Source: an uncultured Alphaproteobacteria bacterium
GTDB taxonomy: Bacteria > Pseudomonadota > Alphaproteobacteria > Rhizobiales > Xanthobacteraceae
Direction of reading: 5' to 3'
NCBI GenBank assembly: GCA_963744275.1
Contig: CAVUSX010000019.1
Span: forward strand, 99,639 to 163,638
Length of the DNA stretch: 64,000 bases
The position numbers and the translations under genes were made by a program. Under the pieces are notes generated by a model. The model was not told the DNA's origin and did not search any database. It saw only the letters and a list, made by a program, of their open reading frames with translations. Below, piece after piece: positions 27,038 through 38,300 of the stretch; within the stretch, counting starts at the first letter, position 1, and each line of letters begins with the position of its first letter.

Positions 27038-27040
27038 CCC

Positions 27041-27775
27041 TTACGCCGCCTTCTTGACCTCGATGACCCGCACGTTGAGCCAGAGGCAGAACACGATCAG
27101 GGACAGGAAGAAGACGACCGACGGCAATTCCAGCACCCCGTCGGTGATGTGGCGGAAATGCCCCAGGAACGACATGGAGCTCACCGCCTGGATCACGATC
27201 GCCGGCGCCCAGCCGCGCACCGTGGAGAGCACCAGATCGTAGCCCGCCATGACGAACAGAAAGCTCACCGCGGTGGCGCCGATGAAGGCCAGCACCTGGC
27301 TCTTGGTGAGCCCGGAAATGGCGGCCGCCAGCGCCAGGAAGGCGCCGGCCATGAGCCAGGAGCCGAGATAGGACGCCACGATGACGCCGTTGTCGGGTGA
27401 GCCGAGCACGTTCACGGTGATCCACAGCGGCACGGTCAGCACCAAAGCGAGCGCCGCGAACACCCAGGCGGCGAGCCACTTGCCGAGCACGAGCTGCCAG
27501 GGCTGGACCGGGAGCGTCATCAGCAACTCGATGGTGCCGCTGCGCCGCTCCTCGGCCCATAGCCGCATCGCGATCGCCGGCATCAGCACCAGATAGAGCC
27601 ACGGATGCCAGAAGAAGAAGCCGGAGAGGTCGGCTTGGCCGTGCTCGAAGAAGCCCGATACCAGAAACGTCATGCCGGCCGACAGCGCCAGGAACACGAT
27701 GAGAAACACGGCCGCCACCGGGGTCGCGAAATAGGCGGCGAGCTCGCGGCGAAACACCAGGAGGGTGGGGCGCAT
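27041..27775 (-). CDS. ABC-2 type transporter permease
   Basis: ATG at 27775, 1 nt after the ATPase stop. Six hydrophobic helices. RRELAAYFATPVAAVFL...ERRSGTIELLMTLPV. Confidence 0.8.
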   Translation of the reverse strand: MRPTLLVFRRELAAYFATPVAAVFLIVFLALSAGMTFLVSGFFEHGQADLSGFFFWHPWLYLVLMPAIAMRLWAEERRSGTIELLMTLPVQPWQLVLGKWLAAWVFAALALVLTVPLWITVNVLGSPDNGVIVASYLGSWLMAGAFLALAAAISGLTKSQVLAFIGATAVSFLFVMAGYDLVLSTVRGWAPAIVIQAVSSMSFLGHFRHITDGVLELPSVVFFLSLIVFCLWLNVRVIEVKKAA

Positions 27776-27776
27776 G

Positions 27777-28724
27777 TCAGGGCTCCGTTCCGTTGGTGAT
27801 CTGGCGGAAGACGTCGTCGAGCGTCGGGCGCTTGAGGTAGATCTCGTCGGTCGAGATCTCGGCGCGGCCGAGCAAGCTCGCGAGCGCGCTGGCCGACGGC
27901 CGGCTTTGCGTCGCATGCACGAGCAGGCGGGTGGTGCCGTTGAGGCGCTCCGCGATGGCGACCGCCGTGACGCCCGGCTCGCGCGAGATGATCTCGATCG
28001 CCCGTTGCGGCTCGCTGGTCGCGATCGTCACCGCGAGCGCGCCCGCGTCCGCCGCCCCGGCCAAGAGCGCGGCCGGGGTGGCATCGGCCAGCATGCGCCC
28101 CTTGGCGATGATGATGACGCGGCTGCAGACCGCTTCGACCTCCTCCAGGATATGGGTCGAGATGATGATCGCCTTGTGCGGCGCGATATCCCGGATCAGG
28201 GCCCGCATCTCGTATTTCTGGTTGGGATCGAGCCCGTCGGTGGGCTCGTCCAGGATCAGCACGTCGGGATCGTGCACCAGCGCCTGGGCGATACCGACCC
28301 GCCGCTTGAAGCCCTTGGACAGCGAATCGATGCGCTGGTTCCAGACATCGGCGAGATGGACGCGCTCGATCAGCTCGGCCAGCCGGTCGTTGGCCTGCCG
28401 CTTGGACAGCCCGTGCATGCCGGCGATGAAATTCAGAAAGGCGCCGACGCTCATGTCCGCATAGGCGGGCGCGCCCTCCGGCAGATAGCCGAGCCGCCGG
28501 CGGGCCGCGAGCGAATCCCTGTGGCTGTCGTGGCCTTCGATCCAGGCCTGTCCGGAGGTAGGCTCCAGAAAGCCGCTGATGATCTTCATCGCGGTCGACT
28601 TGCCGGCGCCGTTGGGACCCAGAAATCCCACCACCTCGCCGCGGTCGACCGCAAACGTAATGCCATCGACGGCGGTCAAGGCGCCGAACCGCTTGACCAG
28701 ATCCCGTGTCTCGACGAGCGCCAT
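27777..28724 (-). CDS. ABC transporter ATP-binding protein (ABC-2 subfamily)
   Basis: Walker A GPNGAGKST, signature LSKGFKRRV, Walker B VLILDEP. Confidence 0.9.
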   Translation of the reverse strand: MALVETRDLVKRFGALTAVDGITFAVDRGEVVGFLGPNGAGKSTAMKIISGFLEPTSGQAWIEGHDSHRDSLAARRRLGYLPEGAPAYADMSVGAFLNFIAGMHGLSKRQANDRLAELIERVHLADVWNQRIDSLSKGFKRRVGIAQALVHDPDVLILDEPTDGLDPNQKYEMRALIRDIAPHKAIIISTHILEEVEAVCSRVIIIAKGRMLADATPAALLAGAADAGALAVTIATSEPQRAIEIISREPGVTAVAIAERLNGTTRLLVHATQSRPSASALASLLGRAEISTDEIYLKRPTLDDVFRQITNGTEP

Positions 28725-29086
28725 CGCTCCCGCTCCCGGCGTTGTGACCGGCGCGGTGCGCGTTGCCGCACCGCCCCGATCAGATCATGTTTGGGGCGCC
28801 CCACCCCGGCCGCGCACCGACTAAGGGACACTCCGGCGAATTTCAAGGGGGCATCCCCGCCGCGACTTACCAGCGGAACTCGTGCGGCCGGGCAATGCAC
28901 AATCGCGTGAGACATTGCGGCAGATGTTCGCGGGCTGGAGCAGAGGCGGCCCTGCGTGCCGCGCCGCCCCCTGATCAAGCAACAAATCGACCCAATGGAG
29001 CAGCTGGCGTGGCGCCCCGGCGGCCTCGCCGAGATTGTCCGCGGCCGCTGCTATCGGTCGCAGAGTGTGGGCGGGGGAGGGGAACA

Positions 29087-29329
29087 TGAGCAAGCTCTTG
29101 GTCGCGGTCGCGTGCCTCGTCGCCCGCCCAGGTCTATCCGACACGCGCCCTCACCATGGTGGTGTCGTTTGCCGCGGGCGGCCCCCATGGTGCGATCGCC
29201 CGCACCCTGGCGGAGTGCATGCAGGCCTCGCTCGGCCCGCCGGTCATGATCGAGAACATCGATGGCCCGGCCGGGGTCGGGACCGGCCGGCTCGCCGGCG
29301 CGAAAGTCCTCGACTTTGCCCAAGAATGA
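29087..29329 (+). pseudogene. Bug/TctC-family solute-binding protein remnant (N-terminal about 70 aa, frameshifted and truncated)
   Basis: The signal peptide MSKLLVAVACLVA is in one frame. YPTRPLTMVVSFAAGGPHGAIARTLAECMQASLGPPVMIENIDGPAGVGTGR is in another and ends at TGA 29327-29329. Confidence 0.55.
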
Positions 29330-29545
29330 GCGCCTCTTCTGAGCATCACCGGCAGCGGCATTATACCAGATACCAGGCGTCGGTGGCTGAGAGCTCGGTA
29401 ATGCTCCCGCCTATTCAAGGCAGTCACCGCGTGACCACCACGAATGCATCCGCTGGGCTCGGGACGCAAAGACCGAAGCCGAACGAAAGTGACCGCCCGG
29501 ACGTGGACGGTGGCCGCCGCCCAGACAAACGGCGTGATCGGCGTG

Positions 29546-30556
29546 ATGGCCTCGGGACCCGTTAACGAAATGACGATGCCGGTGTGGCAGGAAAAGCATC
29601 TTCGAGCCGCAACCACCGCGGCCGGCGTAGCGTTGTGGTCATGGAATGTCGATACCGACGCCGTCACCATGGATGAACGCGCATACGATCTGTGGGAAGT
29701 CCCGAAGAACGAAAGGAAGATCACGTTCGAGATCTTGTCTCAGAACATCCATCCGGCCGACCTGGAAAGGGTCAGATCGGCGTTTGCTGCTACGCGCGCA
29801 GTCGTGGGCGCTTATGAAATTGATTTCCGCATTCTATCCGGCAGCGATATCCGCTGGATTTCCGCTCGAGGCCAAGGCGACGATGCCGACATCGTCGGCC
29901 GAATTATGTTTGGCATCTTTCTCGATGTCACCCAACGCAAGCAGGCCGAGGAAGCCAACGAATTGCTGGCGGGCGAAATGAGTCATCGGGTTAAGAACCT
30001 TTTGACGATTGCAACCGCGCTTACTCAATTTACGTCGAAGTCCGCCGCGACAAAAGAAGACATGGCCCACGACCTGACCAGTCGGTTGATGGCTTTAGGG
30101 CGGGCCCAGGACCTCATCCGTCCCGCGCCGGGCCGGCAGAACGAGACTGCGCTTCTTGGCGATCTCATCTCGGTCTTGCTGGCCCCTTACGACGAAAAGG
30201 GAGCCAGCGTTCGCATTCGCGTTTCGGTGCCGAAGATGAACGTCGGAGAAAGGTCGAGCACGACGCTGGCCTTGGTGATCCACGAGCTGGCGACCAACTC
30301 GGCAAAATACGGATCACTGTCGGTTGCGAGCGGCACGCTGGACGTATCGTGCAATGCCCACGACGACGAGGTTGTGGTCGTGTGGACCGAACGGGGCGGC
30401 CCGCCTATTTCGGCTCCAGCCAAGCTTGAAGGCTTCGGAAGCAAATTGGTGCACCGAAGCATGGCCGCCCAGCTTGGGGGCGCCATCGCATTTGACTGGT
30501 CAGTTGAAGGTCTGGTGGCGACATTGCGAATGAACAAGGAACGTATCGCCAAGTGA
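29546..30556 (+). CDS. PAS-domain HWE-family sensor histidine kinase
   Basis: PAS-like N-terminus (ALWSWNVDTDAVTMDERAYDLWEV...). HWE kinase core (MSHRVKNLLTIATAL..., HELATNSAKYGSLS, GFGSKL). Start uncertain (ATG at 29546, 29570 or 29576). Confidence 0.75.
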   Translation: MASGPVNEMTMPVWQEKHLRAATTAAGVALWSWNVDTDAVTMDERAYDLWEVPKNERKITFEILSQNIHPADLERVRSAFAATRAVVGAYEIDFRILSGSDIRWISARGQGDDADIVGRIMFGIFLDVTQRKQAEEANELLAGEMSHRVKNLLTIATALTQFTSKSAATKEDMAHDLTSRLMALGRAQDLIRPAPGRQNETALLGDLISVLLAPYDEKGASVRIRVSVPKMNVGERSSTTLALVIHELATNSAKYGSLSVASGTLDVSCNAHDDEVVVVWTERGGPPISAPAKLEGFGSKLVHRSMAAQLGGAIAFDWSVEGLVATLRMNKERIAK

Positions 30557-30756
30557 CGGTTTGCAATGCGACGGATGAGGCAGCCAGGCGAGTTGTCGGT
30601 CCTATGTTCACTTTTGTGCATTTCGCATGCAACTAAAGCTGCCGCCCTTCGGGGTAATGCCTGGGGCTGCACAAACCGAAGGTGCGGGCTGGTATTGATT
30701 ACTACCCGGCGGCAGAGTCGGGATCACGCCGCTTGGCGCCGACCGTCCGACTTCAC

Positions 30757-32643
30757 TCAGCCCGCCGCCGGCAGCCCGCGCACCACCAGCCGGTTCAGCC
30801 GCGCCGCGAACGCGGCCGGGTCGCTCGGCACCTCGCCGTCCAGGATCTGGGCCTGATCCAGCAGCAGCGCCGACAAGTCGGCGACGTCATCGGTGCGCCC
30901 CTGCGTTTGCGCTTGCCCGAGCGCCTTGACCAGCGGGTGGCGCATGTTGAGCTCGAGGATGGGCTTGCCGCCGGCGCCGCGGCCCGAGCGCGCGAGCAGG
31001 CGCTCGAGCTCTCGGTCGGGGCCGTGGCCGCCGGCCACCAGGCAGGCGGCGCTGTCGGTGAGGCGCTGCGAGCTGCGCACATCCGCGACCCGCTCTCCGA
31101 GCGCGCTCTTCACCGCCGCGATGACGCTCGCGTCCGTGTCCGAGGCCGGCGCGGTGTCGGCGCTCTCCTCCAGGCGCGGCACCAGATCGAAGTTGACCTC
31201 GCCCTGGCTCAGCGATTTGAGCGGCTTGCCCTCGAAACCGGGCGGTGCCGCGGTCCAGAACGCGTCCACCGGATCGGTCAGCAGCAGGACCTCGATGCCG
31301 CGCGCCCGGGCGGCTTCGAGCTTGGGGTTGGCTTTGACCCGCTCCGGGCTCTCGCCCACCAGATAGTAGATCTCGGTCTGATTGGGCCGCAGGTCCGCGA
31401 CATATTGCTCGAGCGAGCGCGCGGTGCCGGTGGTGGTGGTGAAGCGGGCGAGCCCAATGAGCTGCTCGCGGCGCTCGAAATCCTCGTAGATGCCTTCCTT
31501 GAGCAGGCTACCGAACGCGTCCCAGATCTTCTCGAAGGCGGGCGCGTCCTTTTCGGCCAGCGTCTCGAGCTCGCTCAGGACACGGCTGGTCAGCGCCTTG
31601 CGGATTTGCGCCACCTGCGGATCGTTCTGCAGCATCTCGCGCGAGATGTTGAGCGGCAGGTCCTCGCTGTCGACCACGCCGCGCACGAAGCGCAGATAGG
31701 GCGGCAGCAACTCGGCGTCGTCGGTGATGTAGACGCGGCGCACATAGAGCTTTACGCGGCCCTTGCGGGCGGTATCGAACAGGTCGAACGGCCGGGTCGA
31801 GGGAGCAAACAGCAGCACCGCATAGGAGAGCCGGCCCTCGGCCCGGTAATGCAGCGTCATGGCGGGCTCGTCGAAGGCGCCCGTGATGGAGCGATAGGCT
31901 TGGGCGTAGTCCTCGGGCTTGAGCTCGGCCTTCGGCCGCTGCCAGAGCGCGCTCGCCGTGTTGATCTGCCGCGCCTCGCCCTTTTCGTCGATCAGCTCGA
32001 TCGGAAACTGGATGTGGTCCGAATAGGCTTTGACCACGCGCTCGATCTCGTGCGGCTCGAGAAAGCGCTTGGCGTCCGCCTTCAGGTGCAGGACGATTTG
32101 CGTGCCGCGCGGCATGCCCGCGTCCGGGCTCGGCTCTGCCGGCGCGATCTCGAAGCCTTCGCCGCCGGCCGAGCGCCAGACGAAGGCCTCGCTCGCCCCG
32201 GCACGCCGGCTCGTCACCTCGATGCGGTCCGCCACCATGAAGGCCGAATAGAAGCCGACCCCGAACTTGCCGATCAGCGCGCTTCCCTCCTTGGCCTCGG
32301 CCAGCTGGCTGATGAAGGCACGCGTGCCCGAGCGCGCCACGGTGCCGAGATTGTCGATCAGCTCCTGGCGGTCCATGCCGATGCCGGTGTCGGTGATCGT
32401 GAGGGTGCCGGCCGCGGCGTCCGGCTTGATGCGGATCGCGAGCGCGGCGCCGTCCGCCAGCAATTCCGGCTTGGCGATGGCCTCGTAGCGCAGCTTGTCG
32501 CAGGCGTCGGAGCCGTTGGAGATCAGCTCGCGCAGGAAGACCTCGGTCTCCGAGTAGACCGCGTGGACCATCAGATGCAGGAGCTGGGCGACCTCGGCCT
32601 GAAACGGACGGGTCTGCGCGACATTCTCGTTTTCGCTATCCAT
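30757..32643 (-). CDS. htpG: Molecular chaperone HtpG (Hsp90)
   Basis: 628 aa. N-terminal [41 protein letters not shown] is the Hsp90 ATPase signature region. Confidence 0.95.
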   Translation of the reverse strand: MDSENENVAQTRPFQAEVAQLLHLMVHAVYSETEVFLRELISNGSDACDKLRYEAIAKPELLADGAALAIRIKPDAAAGTLTITDTGIGMDRQELIDNLGTVARSGTRAFISQLAEAKEGSALIGKFGVGFYSAFMVADRIEVTSRRAGASEAFVWRSAGGEGFEIAPAEPSPDAGMPRGTQIVLHLKADAKRFLEPHEIERVVKAYSDHIQFPIELIDEKGEARQINTASALWQRPKAELKPEDYAQAYRSITGAFDEPAMTLHYRAEGRLSYAVLLFAPSTRPFDLFDTARKGRVKLYVRRVYITDDAELLPPYLRFVRGVVDSEDLPLNISREMLQNDPQVAQIRKALTSRVLSELETLAEKDAPAFEKIWDAFGSLLKEGIYEDFERREQLIGLARFTTTTGTARSLEQYVADLRPNQTEIYYLVGESPERVKANPKLEAARARGIEVLLLTDPVDAFWTAAPPGFEGKPLKSLSQGEVNFDLVPRLEESADTAPASDTDASVIAAVKSALGERVADVRSSQRLTDSAACLVAGGHGPDRELERLLARSGRGAGGKPILELNMRHPLVKALGQAQTQGRTDDVADLSALLLDQAQILDGEVPSDPAAFAARLNRLVVRGLPAAG

Positions 32644-33057
32644 GGATACGCTCGCCTGTCGTCTTAAAGGAAATGCGGTTGCCGGGGATTTGATGGAGAG
32701 AGCGCCTGTGGGTTGTCCCTATCGTCCAATTGTGCCGGCAAATCAACATGCCGGCCCACCTGGCAGCGGCCGATTTGGCACGCCGGATTTGGGAATTGGT
32801 TGCGCCCTGTCAAGAGCCGGCCGCAGCCCGGGAGGGTGGGCCGCGGGCCGCCTGGCCCCGGTACAGTCGCGAAGGTCGTGCCGCCGGCCGAGCCGCGGCG
32901 GCGCGGGCATCAGGCGCCATGCGGCTCAGCGGAAGGACATGCGCCCCTTACCAAACATGCAAGGGCATGCCGTGACAATTTCCTCACACGCTCCGGCTCT
33001 GATATGGCGCTCCGGGGCTCGACCCTTCGCACCCTCGCGTCCGGCATCACGTGCCGC

Positions 33058-33321
33058 TCACCAGCGGCCGCGACCGTGGAAGAGCCGCAGAATGACCAGG
33101 AGCAGGAGCGCCCCGATGGTCGCCGAGATGATGGCGGAGACGATGCCGGCGCCGAGATGGATGCCGAGCCGCGGCAGCAGCCAGCTGCCGATGAGGGCGC
33201 CGATGATTCCGATGCAGATGTCGGCGATGATGCCGAAACCGGTGCCGCGCACGATTTGGCCGGCGAGCCAGCCGGCGATGAGACCGACCAGCAGTATGAC
33301 GAGAAGGCTTTCCCCCGACAT
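33058..33321 (-). CDS. GlsB/YeaQ/YmgE-family (transglycosylase-associated) stress membrane protein
   Basis: 87 aa with three Gly-rich helices: LLVGLIAGWLAGQIVRGTGFGIIADICIGIIGALIGSWLL. Confidence 0.85.
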   Translation of the reverse strand: MSGESLLVILLVGLIAGWLAGQIVRGTGFGIIADICIGIIGALIGSWLLPRLGIHLGAGIVSAIISATIGALLLLVILRLFHGRGRW

Positions 33322-33470
33322 GGCGTGCTCCCTTTAAGCTTGTGCGCACGATGTTGCCCGAGCCGAATTGCCGACGCAATGGCGTCCGTGGGCAAATCTC
33401 AGGCAGCGGAATTCATGGCGGACGCGCAGCGGCTGATTGCGAGGATCGCGTGCGCGGCCAAGGCCGCGGC

Positions 33471-34349
33471 TCACTTCCCCGGCCGATTGAAATAGCGCAG
33501 ATCCGGCGGCGGTTGGTCCTTCTTGGCAGGCATCAAGAGGCCGTCGGCGCTGAGCATGTAGCTGTCGGCGCCGATGCGCACATGCTGGTTTTCCTCCAGG
33601 CAGGCCGAATCGCGCCAGTGTGGACGCGCCTCCTTGGAGCGGCGGTAGTCCTTCATCACCGTCCAGGGACGTGTGAGGGCATGGTCGATCACGGTGATCT
33701 CGTCATGCAGGATATCGCGGTCGGCGCTGTCGCTGAAGATCCGCTCCTTGATGATGCTTTGATTGTCCTTGTGCAGCGGAATGGCGGTGCTGTCCAAGGT
33801 GCGCAGGCCTTTGAATCCGCGCGTCTCGACCTCCAGGAGGTCGTAGCGGCCGCTCGCTGCGGTATCGATCCATTGGCCGATGGAGGTGCCCGCCACCGAG
33901 GGCTCGGGGTCCGGCGTCCAGGTGCGGCCGTCGGTGAAGATGCGCCGGTTCTCGTTCAGGAAACCCATCAGGATATGGGTCACTTCCGGCATCACGACGA
34001 TCTCCATCGTGGAATACACGTTCATCATGCGCGGCATGCCGGCCGGAAAGCACACATAGTCCCGGTCGAGCCCCGATCCGCCGGCGGCCTGGTCGGCGAG
34101 GCTCGCTTCCAGGATGGCCTGATATTCGGGCGTCAGCGGGGCCTCCTGGGCGAGGCCTTGGTATTTATTGGGATCGAAGGAGGGGTTGGGCGAGACCCGG
34201 TCGCGCAAAGTCCGCAGCCGGCTCCACTGGCCCTTCCAATCGGGATATTTCGCCTCGTCGAAGGCCGCAACGCGGCCAATCGTCAGGCTCATCGCGGCCG
34301 CCAACGCGAGGAGAACGATCAAGCTCCGGTGAATCATGGTGGTCCTCAT
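33471..34349 (-). CDS. Secreted hypothetical protein, family member 2 (paralog of 17234-18097)
   Basis: Signal peptide plus the same conserved blocks as member 1 (YPDWKGQWSR, APLTPEYQ, MPRMM, GRYDLLEVETRGFKG, PLHKDN, LTRPWTV, PAKKDQPPPDL). The start could be 34337. Confidence 0.75.
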   Translation of the reverse strand: MRTTMIHRSLIVLLALAAAMSLTIGRVAAFDEAKYPDWKGQWSRLRTLRDRVSPNPSFDPNKYQGLAQEAPLTPEYQAILEASLADQAAGGSGLDRDYVCFPAGMPRMMNVYSTMEIVVMPEVTHILMGFLNENRRIFTDGRTWTPDPEPSVAGTSIGQWIDTAASGRYDLLEVETRGFKGLRTLDSTAIPLHKDNQSIIKERIFSDSADRDILHDEITVIDHALTRPWTVMKDYRRSKEARPHWRDSACLEENQHVRIGADSYMLSADGLLMPAKKDQPPPDLRYFNRPGK

Positions 34350-34569
34350 GATCGAGCCGCGGGCGCGCGAGCTCGCGCGGTGCAAACGTGTCGTGCTGAA
34401 TGCCGCGACCGGCGATGAGCGTCGGCGCCGGAAAAGGATCGGGCTTTGAGGATGCGATGCCTGCCGACGGCATCCAGGCTGCCGGTTGCCCCCGGGATCT
34501 CGGCACCTCCCGCGGCAGCTCGCCGGCAGGTTACACCACGCGGCCGCCCGTAAGGAAGGGGAGGGGCTC

Positions 34570-35247
34570 CTACCAAATCAGCGGGACGAACCGGTAGCGC
34601 ACCCGTGCCGCGTAATCGGCGTAGCCGGGCAATTGCGCCTGCAGCGTGCGCTCCTCCAGCACGGCCCGGATCGCGAAACCGACCACCAGGGCCGGCGCCA
34701 GCGCGAGGCCATACCAGGAGCCGAGCAGCAACGGGATACCGATCAGGAGCAGGATCGCGCCCGCATACATGGGATGGCGCACATGGGCATAGAGGCCGGT
34801 GGTCGCGATGGCATGGCCGCGCTCCTTCTGGACCTTGACGACAGGCGCCGCGTAGCTGTTGGCGCGGAACACCAGCCAGAAGACGTATTGCGACACCAGG
34901 ATCAAGACCGCCCCGAATCCCTGCGCCCAGACCGGAACATGGGAGACGCGAAAGCGCACGGCATCGAGGCCCATGACGGCAAGCCAGGCGTAGAAGAACA
35001 GCAACACGCAGATCATGAATACACGGTCCCACGCCGCCTGCTCGCGCTGCACCGGCGAAGCCATGCGCTGTGCCAGGAGCGCGGGATCGTGGACATGGAG
35101 CCAGCCGCTGATGAGGAGGCCGGTCACCGTGAGCTCGACCAGGAACACCCAGGCCTGCGGCCACCAGATGGTTCCGGCCGGCACGAACATGAGCGCCGCC
35201 ATGAGCGCGATCCAGATCAAGGGCTTGATGACCAGACTTGCGCGCAT
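34570..35247 (-). CDS. Isoprenylcysteine carboxyl methyltransferase (ICMT)/phospholipid methyltransferase-family membrane protein
   Basis: Polytopic. C-terminal ATTGLYAHVRHPMYAGAILLLIGIPLLLGS...EERTLQAQLPGYADY is the family signature. Confidence 0.75.
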   Translation of the reverse strand: MRASLVIKPLIWIALMAALMFVPAGTIWWPQAWVFLVELTVTGLLISGWLHVHDPALLAQRMASPVQREQAAWDRVFMICVLLFFYAWLAVMGLDAVRFRVSHVPVWAQGFGAVLILVSQYVFWLVFRANSYAAPVVKVQKERGHAIATTGLYAHVRHPMYAGAILLLIGIPLLLGSWYGLALAPALVVGFAIRAVLEERTLQAQLPGYADYAARVRYRFVPLIW

Positions 35248-35364
35248 TGGCGTCTCCTGGCGTGCGACAACTCTCTTCGGTCCGCTCGGAGGATCACCAG
35301 GCCGGTGGCGCGCCGAAGGCGCAGTCTAGTCGCTCTGCGCGGAGATTTTCGACTCCTTCAGCCG

Positions 35365-38300
35365 TCATGCCGGCTGAGCGGGCCCGGAGGGTCGCAATGC
35401 AAGGCCTTTTTCCCGCTCGGCTGCCGGTTCTGCCTCCAGCACGCGCCGTATCTTGGCGATCAGGTCGCTGTCACGGAAGGGCTTGCGGATGATGTGGTCT
35501 TCGTCGGTGTCGCCGAGCGCAGTGGTCTCGGCATAGCCGGTCAGGAAGATCAATGGGAGCTCGGGGCGCCTCGCCCGCACCTGCCGCGCCAGCTCGGCGC
35601 CGTTCATCCCAGGCATGGCGAAATCGATCAGCATCAAGTCGATGTTCGGTTTCTGGTCCAGGAGCTCGAGCGCGTGTCCGCCGCTGCCGGCCTGGAGCAC
35701 CACGTGACCCATCTCCTGGAGCATCGAGGAGGTGATTTCCCGCACCCCATGGTCGTCGTCGACCAGGAGAATCTTGCACGCCCCGTTGAGCGGATCCGCC
35801 GCCGGGGTCGCGGGCTCGCTTGGCTGCGCGCGGGATCGCGCGGTGGCGCGCGGCAGATAGACCCTGACCGTGGTGCCCTCGCCCTCGCGCGTATCGATGC
35901 GCACGCCCCCTCCCGACTGCTGGGCAAATCCGAGCACTTGGCTCAGGCCCAGCCCCGAGCCCTTGCCGACGTCCTTGGTGGTGAAGAACGGCTCGAAGCA
36001 CTTCGCCAGGACTTCGGGCGGCATTCCGGAGCCGGTGTCGCCGACCGCGATCATGACATAGTCGCCCGCCGGCGGCTCTTCCGGCCGCTGCGCAACCCCA
36101 AGCGTCACGTTGGAGGTCTCGACCGTCAGCCGCCCGCCCACCTCCATGGCGTCGCGCGCGTTGATCGCGAGGTTGAGAACCACGAGCTCGATCTGGGTGG
36201 GATCGACCAGCGCCGGCCAAAGCTCCCGACGCAGCACGGTCTCGATCTGGACGCTTCCGCCCATCGTGCTTTCCAGCAAGTCGCGCATGCCCTGGACGGC
36301 TTCATTCAGATCGATCGGCTTGGGCTCCAGGCGTTGACGGCGGGAGAACGCCAGCAGCTGCGATGTCAGCTTGGCGCCACGCTCGGCCGCCTGCCGCATA
36401 TAGGACAGCCGCTGCGCGGTCTTCGGGTTCTCGTCCGTCAGTCCCTTTTCCAGGAACCCGATATTGCCGAGCACGACCGTGAGCAGGTTGTTGAAGTCGT
36501 GCGCCACGCCGGAGGTGAGCTGCCCGACGGCTTCGAGCCTTTGCATCTGGCGGAGCGTCGCCTCGACCCGCTCGCGCTCCTCGATTTGCTCGAGCAGCTG
36601 CCGGTTCGCGGCTGCGAGCTCTCCGGTGCGTTCCTCGACCCGCTTTTCGAGCTCCGCATTGAGCCTCGCCATGGCTTCCTCACGGTCGCGAAGCGTGCGG
36701 TAGAGTCGCGCATTGTCGAGCGCGATCGCGGCTTGCGAAGCAATTCCCAGCACCAGGCGTTCGGACCGGTCGGTGAACACGCCGGGTTGCGGGTGTCCGA
36801 AGAACAGCCCACCCAGGACCTCACCGGAGCGCGAGATCACCGGGGCCGCAAGGTAGCTGCGGACCGGCAGGTGGCCGTCGGGCTGGCCGAAATGCGGGGC
36901 ATTGCCGCCGTAACGCGGGTCCTGGGTGATGTCGTGCGCGCGAACCACCCCTTCGCCCCTGAACGTCGGCGCGAACAGGGCGGTGTTGCGCGGCATCGGG
37001 AATTCGGCAAACGCCTCGCGCTGCGCTCCCGACAGGGCATGCAGCATGTACCTCTCGCCGTGCTCGTCCTGCGCATTGTAGAAAAATGCGCCGAATGCAG
37101 CCCCGCTCAGCTCGGTCGCCGCGTCCGTGACGGTCTGCACGGCCCGGTCCAGGTCGAGCTCGGCCGCGACCGTCGCGCCTATTCGAATTCAGGATCTCGA
37201 GCGTGCGACCTTCCTCGCGCAGGCGTTGCTGCTCGGCGCGCCGGGCCTGCGCGATGGCGAGATTGGTGGACACGCGTGCGAGCAGCTCGCGGGCCGAGAA
37301 CGGCTTGATGAGGTAGTCGTCGGCGCCGGCATCGAGCCCCTCGACCCGCGCTTCCTCGCCGGCCCGGGCGGACAGCAGGATCACCGGGATGGCGTTGAGC
37401 TCGCAATCCGCCCGCACCGCGCGCAAGAGGCCGAAGCCGTCGAGCCGCGGCATCATGACGTCGGACAGGATCAGGTCCGGTATTTGTCGGCGCACGGCGC
37501 TCAGCGCCTCCTCGCCGTCGGTGGCCACCGCCACCTCGTAGCCCCGCTCCCGCAAGAGCCGGCCCACATAAGTCCGCAGATCCGCGTTGTCGTCGACCAG
37601 CAGCACGCGGCCCTTCGTCTCCTCGGGCGGGCGAGTGGTGGGAGCCGAGATGATGTCATGCGCCAGATCGGCATGCAGGCTCGGTTGCGGGTCATGGTCG
37701 AGGTCCGGCAGCCAGCGCATCGCCTCTTCGACGTAGGTCTCCGAATGCGTCATGCCGGTGAGATCGCGTCTTGCTCCTATTCTTTCGGGCGGCAAATGGG
37801 CGGTCCCAAACGGCACCCGCACGATGAATTCCGTCCCGTGCTGCGGCTCGCTGGCGACCCGGATGGTGCCGCCGTGCAGCCGGACGAGCTCCTGGACCAG
37901 CGCCAGCCCGATGCCGGACCCCTCGAAGGAGCGGCTGCGTTGACCCTCGACGCGATGAAACCGTTCGAAGATCCGATCGAGCTGGTCGGGCGGAATGCCC
38001 ACTCCGGTGTCTTTGACGATAAGCTCGACGGCGCCGTCGGGTGTCGATCCGAGCTCGACCCTGATCTCGCCGTCGAAGGTGAACTTGAACGCGTTGGAGA
38101 GAAGATTGAGGACGAGCTTTTCCCACATGTCCCGGTCGACGTAGACGGGCTGGTCGAGGGGGGCGCAGGCGATGACGAACTTCAATCCGGCCTTGTCCAT
38201 GGCCGAGCGGAAGTTGGAGGCGAGCTCGGTCGTGAAAGCCGCCAGATCCGTCGGCTCGTAGCTCGCCTGTACGCGCCCGGCCTCGATGCGCGAGAAGTCC

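Noticed and set aside
29546-30556. The HWE kinase gene looks slightly less GC-rich than its neighbours, so it could be horizontally acquired.
   Set aside because: This is an impression only, and I cannot compute composition reliably here. No flanking mobility genes or repeats support an island.
32644-32760. RpoH-type heat-shock promoter upstream of htpG.
   Set aside because: I could not find a convincing CTTG-N17-CCCCAT/CYTATNT arrangement in the 120 nt upstream of the start. It is not reported as a feature.
33322-33420. EcfG (general stress response) promoter GGAAC-N16-CGTT upstream of the GlsB/YeaQ-family gene.
   Set aside because: Only a weak resemblance (GGCAAT...CGTG) with uncertain spacing, which is not enough to call.
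37185-37190. Both kinase frameshifts (37185-37190 and 45672-45677) coincide with GAATTC (EcoRI) sites, which hints at engineering or a systematic artefact.
   Set aside because: The exact inserted base cannot be pinned to the site in either case, because alternative one-base corrections outside GAATTC restore the frame equally well. The other frameshifts are not at such sites, so this is most likely coincidence.
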